This document shows, one piece after another, positions 35,602 through 48,279 of a stretch of DNA of 64,000 nucleotides. A program made the position numbers and the translations under genes. Origin of the DNA: Tubiluchus corallicola (taxonomy: Eukaryota; Animalia; Priapulida). The notes beneath the pieces were generated by a model, which saw only the letters and a list, made by a program, of their open reading frames with translations, did no database searches and had not been told where the DNA came from. Numbering within the stretch: position 1 is the first letter of the stretch; the number at the start of each line of letters is the position of its first letter. The stretch spans positions 133,996 through 197,995 of the forward strand of contig JAQGDQ010000435.1 in assembly GCA_030141605.1 (NCBI GenBank), given 5' to 3'.

Positions 35602-37941
35602 ATGGGCAAAAGTTTCACCAAGACAGAAGAATTAACGCCTCAACAGTTGGAAAGCATGACTGAGAAGACACTTACTGAGCTACATGTAGCAACCCTTGAT
35701 GGAAACTTTGCCAAGGTGAAATCACTGCTAGATGGTGGAGCAGATATTAATTGCAAGGATGAATTTGATGGTACGCCTCTCCATTTTGCTGCTGCTAGAG
35801 GACGCATTGAAATTGCTAATTTACTTCTGGAGAAAGGAGCTCAAATGGAGTGTAGGGACTGCTTTACTGGAAGCACACCTCTGCACACAGCTGCCTACTC
35901 TGGACACTATGATGTCACGAAATTACTGCTCAAAAATGGGGCACAGGTAAATGTGGTAAACAAATTCGGTCACACGGCTGTACATGCTGCACTTTTTTAC
36001 ACAGATGACAGGCAGCGAGCTGATGTTCTTAACTCAATACTGGAATTTGGAGCAATGGGAGGACATCAGGACAAAGCACTTGACCGCATGCCTACTCACA
36101 TTGCAGTTGAAAGAGGTCATATAGGCGTAGTGACCGTACTAATAGAACGCGGAGCAAACTTGGAGGTGAAAGACAAGTTTGGCAGAACTCCTCTTCATGT
36201 TGCAGTTGAATGGGAACATGCTGATATGGTAAATATTTTATTGCAGCATGCTGCAAATGTGATGTCAATAGATGCTGATGGCAACACTGCATTGCACTAT
36301 GTAGGCTTATACTGTCCATTTAATCTTCAGATTGTAAAAGAACTGATCAATCACAGCATTGATGTCAGTGTTGTCAATAATATTAGCAAGACTGCTGTGG
36401 ATATTCTAGTTGAAAGGGGAAACTTCGGAAAACAAACAAGCAAGAACACTAGGACCCTGAGGAAGATAATTGGGTCACTTTATCAACATCAGCATTTTTC
36501 AGAAATAAAAAGTGTACAAAATGATTTTACACAAGACGAAACCTTCAAGCTCAATCAGATTAATGCCCTGGTAAATAAAACAGAAAGAAATATAGCCAGT
36601 TTGTTACCTCTTGGTAAACTGGAGAATTCAGAAGAATGCGACAGAATTAGAGAAGCTGTTGGTTGTTTCATTAATAATGTGTGCGATAAAATAAAGGAGT
36701 TCTCTCCAGATTTCGAGGTTAAGCCTGTTCTAGTTGGTAGCAGTTCATGTGGTGTCAAGTGTTGGATGCCAGACGAATTTGACTACTTCTTTGTGCTAAC
36801 AGGAACAATATTTAACGGACTGTCAGCGGAACCTGCAACTAAACCAGGATATGCAAAAATTAAAGTACATGATCCAGGTAACTCCATGGTCATGTTTACC
36901 TACATGAGCAATGGCTACCTTCAGATCAAATTAAAAGACAAATTTGTTGATCTACTTTGTAATGCTGTGTCTGTGGTTTATAAAGAAGGACATCTAGAAC
37001 TGCAGCCAGTGAAATGTGATGACTGTCTATTAGAGTGGAACAAAGTTTGCACCACTTTCAATCTAGTCTACAAAGGCTCATTCTACAAGCAACTAAAAAT
37101 AACTGTCGATATTTCACCTGCACTAGAAATAGGAGGTAAGCCACCAGGTGTGAATAGTCGGCATTTGGATGTGCGCTACAACATGCTGCCAAAACCCGTC
37201 GATGATCCTGGAATTATGGAAGGTGAAAGAGAGGTTACATGGACTATTAGCAGCAGCTTGACCGAAAGTGAACAAATCAATGCACTTTCCCAGGAATGCA
37301 AAGATGTTATGATACTCACAAAGACACTAATGAAAGAGAAAATCTACAATATTGGCTCCCTCATTACTGACACTGATGTGCAAAATGAGTTAGATGAAAT
37401 TTATAAGGAATATATTGACTTTCTAACGAATTTTCCTGGGATAAACCTGTACAAGCTTTTCTCATTAGTAAAGCAATTTCCCGGGGATATTCTTGATTCA
37501 TACACAATAAAAACGGCCTTCTTGCATGAGAGGGAAATAAACCAGGATTTACACGATTGGAGTAACACTAAAGAACATGTAATAAATATTTTAAGTTACA
37601 TTTCTGAGTGTAGCAAATGTGGTTGTATGCCTCATCATTACCTTACTGACATTAACTTATTTGAGGGTTTTAAGAACAAGTACATAGAAGGGGTCTCAGT
37701 GCTCTACTTAATGGATAAATGTGCAAGTGCCATAAGAGAACATTTACGTGATGGCAACCTTCCAACAACGAAGACTCTTATGGGTTTAGTTGGCATCAGC
37801 ACGTGCAATGTGATGAGTACAGAGACCACTTTCACAGGACGTTGGGGTGTGACTGATGTTAATGTGGACAATGACAGGATCAAAATTGTCATAGATGTCA
37901 TGGAAAAGGCGTGGAGTGATCTAGAAAGTATTAAAAAATAA
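35602..37941 (+). CDS. Ankyrin-repeat plus Mab-21/cGAS-like nucleotidyltransferase (cGLR-type), 779 aa, single coding exon
   Basis: Seven ankyrin repeats (TPLH-type) plus a partial eighth. The NTase signature VGSSSCGVKCWMPDEFDYFFVL follows, then the third carboxylate in ITVDISPAL and the Mab-21 lobe motifs CKDVMILTK, SYTIKTAFLHE and MPHHYLTDINLF. Putative 5' UTR intron 34469-35443. Confidence 0.9.
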   Translation: MGKSFTKTEELTPQQLESMTEKTLTELHVATLDGNFAKVKSLLDGGADINCKDEFDGTPLHFAAARGRIEIANLLLEKGAQMECRDCFTGSTPLHTAAYSGHYDVTKLLLKNGAQVNVVNKFGHTAVHAALFYTDDRQRADVLNSILEFGAMGGHQDKALDRMPTHIAVERGHIGVVTVLIERGANLEVKDKFGRTPLHVAVEWEHADMVNILLQHAANVMSIDADGNTALHYVGLYCPFNLQIVKELINHSIDVSVVNNISKTAVDILVERGNFGKQTSKNTRTLRKIIGSLYQHQHFSEIKSVQNDFTQDETFKLNQINALVNKTERNIASLLPLGKLENSEECDRIREAVGCFINNVCDKIKEFSPDFEVKPVLVGSSSCGVKCWMPDEFDYFFVLTGTIFNGLSAEPATKPGYAKIKVHDPGNSMVMFTYMSNGYLQIKLKDKFVDLLCNAVSVVYKEGHLELQPVKCDDCLLEWNKVCTTFNLVYKGSFYKQLKITVDISPALEIGGKPPGVNSRHLDVRYNMLPKPVDDPGIMEGEREVTWTISSSLTESEQINALSQECKDVMILTKTLMKEKIYNIGSLITDTDVQNELDEIYKEYIDFLTNFPGINLYKLFSLVKQFPGDILDSYTIKTAFLHEREINQDLHDWSNTKEHVINILSYISECSKCGCMPHHYLTDINLFEGFKNKYIEGVSVLYLMDKCASAIREHLRDGNLPTTKTLMGLVGISTCNVMSTETTFTGRWGVTDVNVDNDRIKIVIDVMEKAWSDLESIKK

Positions 37942-39559
37942 TAAAGAAGGTGATGACATTCCATGATGCTCAATAACAAAAGAACGAACTCAGGTTGTAC
38001 TTCAGCTTTTATTATCAATATGTTTTTCTTGATCTGTAAACAATTTTTGCCTGATATGTGCATTGTCTGTGATATCTGCTGTGATATCAAAAGATCACTG
38101 ATACTTTTGTAAAATCTGTTCGTGATAGCCAAAAGTGTGACTAATCCAAATAGTCTAGCAATGAAATCAGCCTGAAAGTTGATAGAATGGATCAGCAGTG
38201 TTTTTAAAAACAGTGTAGCTGATTAAGAGAAGTGCCACAGCATCTTAACAGGGATAACAGTGACCTACAACAACAAAAATACGTGTTCTATTTCAGATGT
38301 AACAATGCTGTATACAACTTTCCTAGCTGTATTATCAATGTCAGAAGAGCTTATTGAAAATCACTGCACCAATTTATATTATTACCTTTTATGCAGTAAT
38401 TTGCATAAATGTTTCAGAAAGATAAAAAATTGACTGCAGCAAAGTCATCCAGCTACTATTTCCCTAGCAGTATGATTGCTTGACTAGTCGTAACTGAATG
38501 GGTGACTGTATGGTCTTTCATCACCTCTGCTCATATTTTATGTATGATGTGCACTAACATCTTAACTACTGTATTAAATTTATGAAGCTAAACAAATATA
38601 CTATTACTACACATTTAACTGTACACTCAAAAGTGCTTTATTTCAATATTGTTATGTCATCTATTAATGCTCAAAATGATACTCATTAGTAATTATTATA
38701 TTATTTATTCATACATATTCGTACATTAATACAATACATTACACAGAGTATTATAGAATGCAAAAAACAAAACAATAAAGAGACAGAAGTGACAACCTAT
38801 TGTGGAAGCAAGTTAATATGTGCGCCAAAAGAATATTTAATGGTTTTTCACAACCCACAGTCAAGCTAGTAATAATTATGGAGCCAGGTTAGGAAATAGC
38901 AATTCAAAGATTAGCATGTTAAGTATTTGTGGAATAGTAAATGCACTTTGCTACAATTGAAAAATTAACAGCACGTTTACTCGTCACACAAAAACAGATG
39001 ATAACACCCTCGAAAAGGCATCGCTTAAAGGAAAAGATCTATATAACTACGTACAAAATTACTGAGTCGTCCAGAAAAACTTCCTGCCAAACCAGTTCAT
39101 AGCCCTTTATGCAGAGGCATTTGTAAAGGAGACCCACATTATCGTGTAGCCTGGCTTCATTTCTGTCCGAAGAATTGTGAATTTTCCTCTAAGATCCCCA
39201 CCAAGCGTCTTTCCACTAGGAACTGCAGTGACGGACCTCCGAATGGTCGTTTTGCTCATTGCCGAAACACAGTGTAGAAAAGAGGTTCTTACCGGCGCTT
39301 GGCGGAGCCTTGGAGGGAAGTTTTAACCCTTTGGAAAGAGAAAAAACTGGACTACATCATGATGTTGATCTATTTAACAAGTGATTTAACAAGATGAAGG
39401 GTTACAAGTTACTTTGGGGAACGTTTTCCTTTCTGAACGATCTTGTATGTACATATAGCATCTGTTGTTTCCCCTTTACTGCTTTGACGTCACGAAATAA
39501 TCAGGTGACGCCAAACCAAATGCCGCCTGACGTTGCTTCTTTGTTACCAAGTTGCTACC

Positions 39560-41769
39560 ATGAAATGGCAGACAATAGTGGGGAGAATTTTTCTCCTACT
39601 AATAAAAATAAAAATGGCACTATGTGTAACGCCTGATATTGTTTATCTGAGACCTCGAACGTGCGAATATAGTTGTAAATGTCCACAGTTTACGTTGAAA
39701 TGTAATCCAGATAAGCCAAATGAAAATTGCTATTATGAATGCTTAGGGATTTATAACAGGACGGACGTGGAGTGGATGAATAAAAAGACTTTGAAATTGA
39801 TGCCCACGTTTCGACCATTAGGCGGATTCAGAAGTCTTGTGCTTCTTGGAAGTTACGAAGAAAAGGAGCTGCCCGATGATTTCCTTGCTGGAGTCATCAC
39901 GCAAGATTTGATGATCAAGGACCTCCACGTGCTCCAGCGCATCAACGAAAAGACCATTAGGGCTGAAGTTACAGCTCAGGTCATTCTATATGAACTGTCT
40001 GATCTAAAAACCATTGACTCCAGAGCATTCAAATCGTTGGAGAAAATGACCGGTTTGAGGATACAGTACTGTCCTAATTTGATATCAGGCGATTTCGACT
40101 TCTCAAATGCTCCAAATATGAAAAGTATTCATATTCTGAGTACGTCTATAGAAAAGATTCCTCTGCCAAAACTGGTCGATAAAAATGCCCAAATGGATTT
40201 TCTGGAACTAAGACGTATGTAAAGGAGTTTCATATCGCGATGTGTAGTTTTAAAATTTCCTGCACAGTGTGGAATCGTTAGGACAACAGATTGTAGTTTT
40301 GTTCATCCGAATTCAAATCTCACGAGTACCTGTATCGACTCAAATGTTGTATGTTACCATTTAAAACAGTCTCTTGTCTTTCTGAGCATGCATTTTTACG
40401 TTTAAGCCGTTGATGCACGAAAATGCACAATAAATATTAACCCTTTCAGTCCCAAATTATACTTTACTAAACAAAAAGCTAAGTACTGGACTTGCAAAGA
40501 GGTTTTTGCAAATCATTGCATTATTGAGTGTAACAAGAAAAGTTTTTGCACATCCAGTGCATTCCTGTGTCTATTATTATGAAAGTGAATTACAACCGTT
40601 TGTTGTCTATTTATCCTGTGGGATGCACAACATTCTTTGTCATGTGCAAAAAAACAAAGTCCGACTTTTTTAAAAACACAACAAAAGCAAAAAATGTGCT
40701 TCATTTTGCAACTGCTGATAATTTTTTAAAGTATTTAAGGCATTTAGTATGCATGCTATGCTGATCTGTACAAAGTCATCTCTAAAGTACTGTACCTTGC
40801 GCAGTTTTTTATGCTACGTAGATTTTCTAGTTTGCCATTTTATCACCATTTTTAGTCCATTGTTATTGGCTTAAATCAAAATAACTATTAACAGATCAAG
40901 TAACTGTCAGTTTTAAAATTTTATTAATTTTAAAGGCAGAAAATATTCTCGTATCCCACAGGATACAACGGGTATGAAAGGGTTAACTGAATACCGAACT
41001 TTCTATATAAATGCAAATTCATATTATCAGTAAGCATAACAGTAGATGGTATGAAAAGAAAACGAAAATGCGCATATCATGCACGGGCGTCATTTAGTTA
41101 CTATCATGCTACACGTAGTTATAAGGCAAAAATTTGTTTCAAAATAACAAAACACTAAACTGTTTTGAGAAGAAAGAACAAATAAAAACAGAGAAAAAAG
41201 AAGAGAGAAAATGATGAGTGGCATGTTGAGACCCAGTTTCTGGGTCTTGCCATTTAAAGTTCATCCTAAAACGAGATAAAAGTGTAAAGTTCCATAAACG
41301 AAATTAGTTCAAATCAATGTCGTGAATGGGTACGTTCATAACAAAAAGTTTTTTGTTCTGCTACTTTCCCCGCAATGCTGTACTGTTGATGAGGAACTAT
41401 TAAAATTTCTGAAAAATGGAACGATTCTTATAGATGTTTTACCGTTCTTGCTTTACACTCTGTCTAGTACTTTGCCCATGAAACCGTCTTACTTTACCTT
41501 TCCTATATTTTCCAGATAATCCTTTAACCTGTGATTGTAACATGTCTTGGATTAAACTGCTAAGATGGAGGCTATCTTATGTCGACTGTAAAGAACCAGA
41601 TAGAAAATATGATAGAAACGAAATTAAGCGAAGTGACTTTGCTGACTGTCCTGAATTTGTGCTGAGCAAAGCTGCAATGCATCAAAGCAGAACAAATCTA
41701 ATCTGTGCGCAGCTAATTGGTTTAAGATGTATTTGTTTTATTTACTATTACTTGACGAAAATCCAATAA
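39560..41769 (+). CDS. Extracellular leucine-rich repeat protein; exons 39560-40214 and 41516-41769; about 302 aa; possibly GPI- or tail-anchored
   Basis: Signal peptide MKWQTIVGRIFLLLIKIKMALC, a Cys-rich N-cap and LRR units (LKTIDSRAFKSLEKMTGLRIQYCPNL). A phase-1 GT-AG splice reconstitutes the LRR C-cap LELRHNPLTCDCNMSWI. The tail is hydrophobic. Confidence 0.85.
40437..40986. mobile_element. Non-autonomous piggyBac-type element (MITE), 542 bp, in the LRR gene intron
   Basis: TTAA at 40437-40440 and 40983-40986 flanks inverted termini CCCTTTCAGTCCC and GGGTATGAAAGGG (11/13 match). A TTAA target with CCC...GGG ends is characteristic of piggyBac. Confidence 0.7.
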
Positions 41770-42234
41770 AATTTAAAGCGATTGAAATAAAAAAAAGTTT
41801 ATTAATTCCTTACGAAATGAATTCCTGAAAATAAACTAAATAAAAGAAATAATAAAAAGGGTTATAATAAAGATTAAGATTAAGATTGTTTATTTATCTC
41901 CTTTAAGTTTTCCAGTACAAGAAAGACATAATAATAATTTTGACAATTTACAAATTGACAAGTATTTGTTAGCAGCTACTTGGTGATAAAAAGAAAAGTT
42001 AATTGTATGGAGAACAGGTGGCGAAAGACCTTACGGTTTACTAAGTCAGCTACTCCTATTTACAGATTTAATACCTTTTGTACATGGCTGGATTTGAGTT
42101 CATTTATAACACCACTGATTTTAGAAATTCCTTCGATGAAGTTCATTTCAGCGTAATAAAGAAAAATAATGCAAAAATTATCCATATTATAAGGGACAAC
42201 TAATTAAGGCAAAAACAAAATAAAATTATATAAC

Positions 42235-42266
42235 ATAATAATAATAATCATAATAATAATAATAAC

Positions 42267-42305
<39 letters not shown>
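42235..42305. repeat. (AAT)n microsatellite
   Basis: Read directly from the sequence. Confidence 0.9.
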
Positions 42306-42307
<2 letters not shown>

Positions 42308-43790
42308 CATAACATTTGAGAAACAGTATGTTGTATACAATAATTGTAAAAGTAAATGTACATGCATAAAATTTAAATTTGTACAACGTACAATGATAAA
42401 GCAAAAATAATGACAAAGTAAGGGCCTATCAAAAGGCCTAATTTGATCTATTTGATCACCTAATTGGTCTACCATCCAGTTTATTATTTGGCTGAAATTT
42501 AAGGCTTATTAAATGAAACCCTGGTTTACGCAATACCTAATAGACCGAGTTGTTAGTTTACCTGTTGTATGCACGAGTTGCACATAGTGCTTTGTTGCTT
42601 GCTGCCGATATTTCGTAGTACTAACAGACAGTCAATAGTGTTCACATGCTATCCTATTCATGTTTAATATTACAACAGGAAAGTGGCACCATCTACTGAC
42701 AGTTATAATAAGTTGAAATTTTAAATAAAAACAACGAAAACGACGACGGCGACCACAATAACAAGAACTGTGACAACAATTTTTTAATTCAAAAAATAAC
42801 AACGATAACAACAACAGCAAAACAGGAGTAAGCAAATTTACAGACGACGAAATAAGGCCTTACTACAAAAACCTTACTATACCTTAAATTAATTAAATTT
42901 TAAATTAATTCCTAAAAAATGTAAGCTTAGTTATAAGGTTTTTTATCGTTACTAAATTCTTTCTAGTTTGCCAATTTCATTTTGCCATCGATTTCAAGAA
43001 CTAATAATGTTAATTATAAAAGTTATTTTCTTGCATAGATTATTCGATGATGTGGCTATACTCAGAATTGCAAAAAATCATCTACTCCCTATGAATTATG
43101 AGGGCTTATTGGGCAAGAAAGAGAGCTAAGCAACTACAGTGTAACAGCACGCAGCTGCAAAAGAAACCAACTAGATTACGTTAAATGGCTCTATATTATT
43201 AGATTTCAAACTTCACTTCAAACCAATGTACTAGTACAAATGACCTAGTACAGCCCGCGCCTGTCGTGGTGTAGGTCTTACTTCTTAGCATATGGCACTA
43301 ACACGCGTTTAAACTAAGTGGACGTCTTGAATTCAAGATGGTAGCGGTAACGTCATTTTCGAAACCACCTAAGGTTCCACCGATTCGCAATGAATCGTCA
43401 TAAAATTTTGTTGGAACATTCTACATTGTATTCTACATCAATTAACAGAGTCGGATTTTCGATTCACCTTCGCGAATTCAACATCACTGACGTAATTTTC
43501 TAAAAAAAACTAGTAATTTAAACTTAAGCCTAAACTTACGACGAATATACAAAAACAAATTTCGCATCTATTGACAGAGCTAGACTTGTGATCCACAATT
43601 TTCAGTTCAGTGAGTCCCTCGACCAACAGTTCGAGTCGGACTTGTTATAAATATAGAACGTCTACTAATTTACTCACAGCAGTGTAAAGCTTATCTGTAT
43701 ATATTGTGTTGCGAAGTAACACATAATAACATTGCTAAGCAGTCAGGCTTATTCCCGTTCAATTGTTTTTGAATGGCTTACTCAAGTGGC

Positions 43791-44052
<262 letters not shown>

Positions 44053-44902
44053 TTTCATTTTCTGACAGAAGGGAAGTCAACCAGAGACTTGGTTACATAC
44101 TGACACTGACAAATATGCAGTTGTATTCAAGGTGATATTAATATAAGAAAACAATATATTCTTATGTAGGCCACACGATCACAATTTATGCTCACCTAGA
44201 AACTTTACCGTAGGATACTTATATGTTTCATCTTCATACCCTAGTTTTCTTCAAACTAGACCCAATTAAGGTATCATCCGATACACACATAATTTTGCTA
44301 TTAAAGCGCTATAAATTTTATGCATAATTATTCAGATCAGTCAATCAAATTTCCTCACGTATTAATCAACCTACGACTGACACAACTTCACAGTATAATA
44401 TCACCACATTAAAACACACGTCGGCCATTTACCTGCAATATATCATCACTTAAATGTCAAAAATTTAATTACTTTATTTTCAAGTCACCGGTTGCTGTTC
44501 TATTTTCCATGTCGTCCTCAAATCAAAAACTGCGATTTTCCACCTGATTTTTCGGTTTATTAAAGCTTTCAATTATTTCAGGTGATTTTAATAACTATAT
44601 TAGATTGAAGATTACACATTACATACTCCTGTAGTTGCTCGCATTCCATGTCGTTACTAACCGTTATAATTTGACTAACAAAGGGCGTTTCTAAAAAGTC
44701 ATGCTAAGAAAATTATTACTTCCATGACGTTGTTATGTGTAAAATTTTACCATATCTTTTGGCTGTTTGCTTGACAAGCTGGTCCCCCTGCAGTCAGGCT
44801 AGTTGACTGGTGAGTTAGTTGGTTGGCTGGCTAACTAGCTGGTTTACTCTCTGACAAACTATACATAATTTGTTACATTATATTTTTTATCATCAAGTTC
44901 TA

Positions 44903-44985
44903 ACTGACTAACTTACTGATACTGACTGACTGACTGACTGACTAACTAACTGACTGACTGAGTGAATGACTGACTACCGACTGAT
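44903..44985. repeat. Imperfect (CTGA)n microsatellite
   Basis: Read directly from the sequence. Confidence 0.85.
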
Positions 44986-45557
44986 TTTAGATTTAATATT
45001 TTATTTCAAACTTCTCAAAGTTCATATACACATCACAAATTAATACTACTGAATGACTGACTAATTGATTGACTGAAGGAACAAACCAGATGGCCAAATG
45101 ACTGACTGACCAATTGGGTGATGAACCCGCTAAATGGTCGACCACTGTTAGGCACATGTGATTACAGTAGATAGGCAGCTAACTGACCAAGTGGCAAACT
45201 GATAGACGGACTGACTGTGAAAGTTACAGTTAACTACAGGTAGGCTAATGTTAATTTATCGCCTCACTAATATGCATTTGCAAAATATTCAAAACCAAAA
45301 AGTTAACTTTGAAACTTGTACGTTGACCTGTTTACAAGTTTGTCCATCTGAATAATAAACTGTGTAAGTGGAGTCAAAGGTTTTTTAAAAGTAGAAAATT
45401 GTATCATTACTTAAACAAAAACCTCTATTCAACACCCTCCGACAACGCACTGAATCCTCCCCTTTATCGTTAGACTTGCCAACGAAAGTAACAGTTATAA
45501 TTAGTATTCATTAAAGTCGATACTAAATTAGGTGAAAGGGGTAATAATTTTGGATGG

Positions 45558-45660
45558 TATAAAAGTGGCCCACCAGAGAATCAAGTTGCCAGTTGCTTTA
45601 CACGACAGAACAGTTCAGTGTCTGTGAACTTATTTTCAGCGTTATCTGCAATAGGTGAGT
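45558..45660 (+). promoter_or_regulatory. Putative TATA-box promoter and short non-coding first exon of the Asn-Gly-rich gene
   Basis: TATAAAA at 45558-45564, Inr-like CCAGTT about 31 nt downstream and donor AG|GTGAGT at 45655. The acceptor ttttacAG at 48277-48278 sits immediately before the ATG at 48280. Confidence 0.5.
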
Positions 45661-47219
45661 TAAAGTCAGTACATTTCTACTTCAGTCAATGTTATATCAA
45701 TAGCTTGAGGATATGTCATAAAAATGTTGCTATTGTGTACTAACAAGGTTCAAACCCTCGTGAAGTAGGTTAGCAGTATTTCAAGATCAAAAGGTTTATG
45801 CTTAATTGTTTACTATCAGATTCAAAAAATAATGTTACTACTATGTTACAGTCGTTACAACTACAGTTATGCATTAAGTAGAGCGAGATTGAGAAAGGTA
45901 TGTAACTTTTTTTTAATAGCGGGTGTGCGAAAGGATGGGACAAGTTGGTTATGATGTGTTTGATGTTGATGTTAAGCTGGCAAAATAGAACGAGTGATAA
46001 TGAAGCTAATGAAAGATGAAAGTGTTGGGGGTCACGGGAATGCAAGAGTATAAATAATTTATCCTGTAAGGTAGAATTCAGAGTTTTTAAAGAATCTCTG
46101 AATTCATTCATTTTCGCCTGTTCTCGTGACGAATGTAAGATTGAAACTGGGAAATAGCTGAGTAATCACTCTGTGTGCTGTGTGTAACTGGGTGGATGAC
46201 TACGGAGAGAAATGCTTCTACACTGTTTCATCTATTTGGGCTATTCTCTCTGTGAATGAGGATGTACATTACAGTATGCGCATCCGGAATGTGGTTAAGA
46301 GGATCGTTTAAGAGCATTTGAATTAATTATACAACAACCATTAATATGATAAATTGACCCTGAGTTGACAGCAGTGTACTAAACTTGGATAAAACAGGTG
46401 AAAAAAGAAATAAAGAGGTAATATTATGTAGCAAAGTTATTAACAAGTGATTAACAAACTTGGTATTGAGTATTGGTATGTCTTGTCTTAGGATCTTTTA
46501 TTATATGGCAAAAAGACAGCAATTAATTCTGAAATTTGTGTTTGTAAAGCGAAAAACACAGGGCCAAATTGCAATCTAAACCTCCAAGCACATTATCATT
46601 GGCTCAAATGAGTGTAAATTGATGAACGAAGAACGCAAAAGGTCACGTTTTTGGTGAGAACGTGAATAATGTCATAGTACTGAGCCTGTAAACGATACAT
46701 TATGCAGCAAGTTTCACGCCTTCACTTCTTTTGCTTGAAGTTACGTTGTAATAAAATCCGATAAAAATAAATCTTTGTCATGTGATTGAAATGTTGTGCT
46801 CTTATAATGCAATTTGGGGGTTGGGTATTCGTAAAGCCCTCGGTACAGGAGCATAGCTTCTCCGACAAGAATGAGGTCAACGGACAAACTGAATCTTTTT
46901 GAAAAATACTTACCTATAAATTGAAAACAAAAAGAGTAGCTAATAGTTTTTATAAATAGATGTATTTTTAATGTACATTATCATTAATATATTATCTTTA
47001 CTGTTCTCTATTAGTCATCATTTCAAATTTATTCACTACAAAAAATTACTTCTATTTACTTTTATACACCTTTTAGTATCCAAAGTTTTGTCTTGATTAA
47101 AAGTTTTTTGGTGCATTGTATATTTATTTAGTAGATGTATTTTAAACTGAAATAGTGTAAATCAGCTTGTTTAATGTTCAGCCATGAATAATGTTAACTT
47201 TTTATGAGAATAGAAGACC

Positions 47220-47354
47220 TTTGCTTACTTGCTTGCTTGTTTGCTTACTTGTTTAATTTGCTTACATACTTACTTGCTTGCTTAATTTACTTACTTACTT
47301 ACTCGCTTGCTTGCTTAGTTTGCTTACTTGCTTGCTTACTTACTTGCTTGCTTG

Positions 47355-47437
<83 letters not shown>

Positions 47438-47720
47438 GCTTGCTTGCTTGCTTGCTTGCTTGCTCGCTCACTCACTCACTCACACACTCATTCACTCACC
47501 TACCTACCTATCTACCTACCTACCAACATACCTACCTACCTACCTACCTACCTACCTACCTACCTACCTACCTACCTACCTACCTACCTACCTACCTACC
47601 TACCTACCTACCTACCTACCTACCTACCTACCTACCTACCTACCTACCTACCTACCTACCTACCTATCTACCTACCTACCTACCTACCTACCTGCCTTAC
47701 CTACTTGTTTACTTACTTAC
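47220..47720. repeat. Compound tetranucleotide microsatellite (CTTA/CTTG)n-(CTCA)n-(CCTA)n
   Basis: Read directly from the sequence. It explains the LLTY/LPTY ORFs. Confidence 0.95.
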
Positions 47721-47950
47721 GTACGTGCTTACCCTCCTAATAGATCGAAAGACAGATAGAACACAAATACATGATTGTCACTGGAGTTTATTGATCGCAG
47801 GGTTACACGTAGCTCAGATCATTAAAATGCAGATCATTAAAAAATAATGCAGATCATTAAAAAATTGAAAAAAATTCAAATGGTCTAAAAATCAACTTCA
47901 ACTTCAAGATCAACTTCAGAGATTACCTGAGTCCTGGGAAAAGTGGTCAT

Positions 47951-48004
47951 AGACAGACAGACAGACAGACACACAGACAGTCTGTCAGTCAGACAGACAG
48001 ACAG
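47951..48004. repeat. Imperfect (CAGA)n microsatellite
   Basis: Read directly from the sequence. Confidence 0.8.
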
Positions 48005-48279
48005 TATTGATAATTTTGTAATTGCCTATTTCGTTCTGTCAACCATAATTAACATTGGCAATCATGTTAACGAAACCAAAGCGCTACTGTAACGTTGCTT
48101 AAGGTGACTGGGTTGACCCCAACACCATGTTTCATTTTATAACACTTAAATGGCATACAAAATCGCTTATAAAAACTGCAAACTGAATTTTATTTGACAA
48201 ATTTGAGATCACCCAAATTCTAGATCGAAATATAATTAAAACTGCTCACAACATTACGTCTTGACTTTGTTTTTACAGA

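Noticed and set aside
47204-47847. LLTY/LPTY repeat ORFs
   Set aside because: They are translations of tetranucleotide microsatellites.
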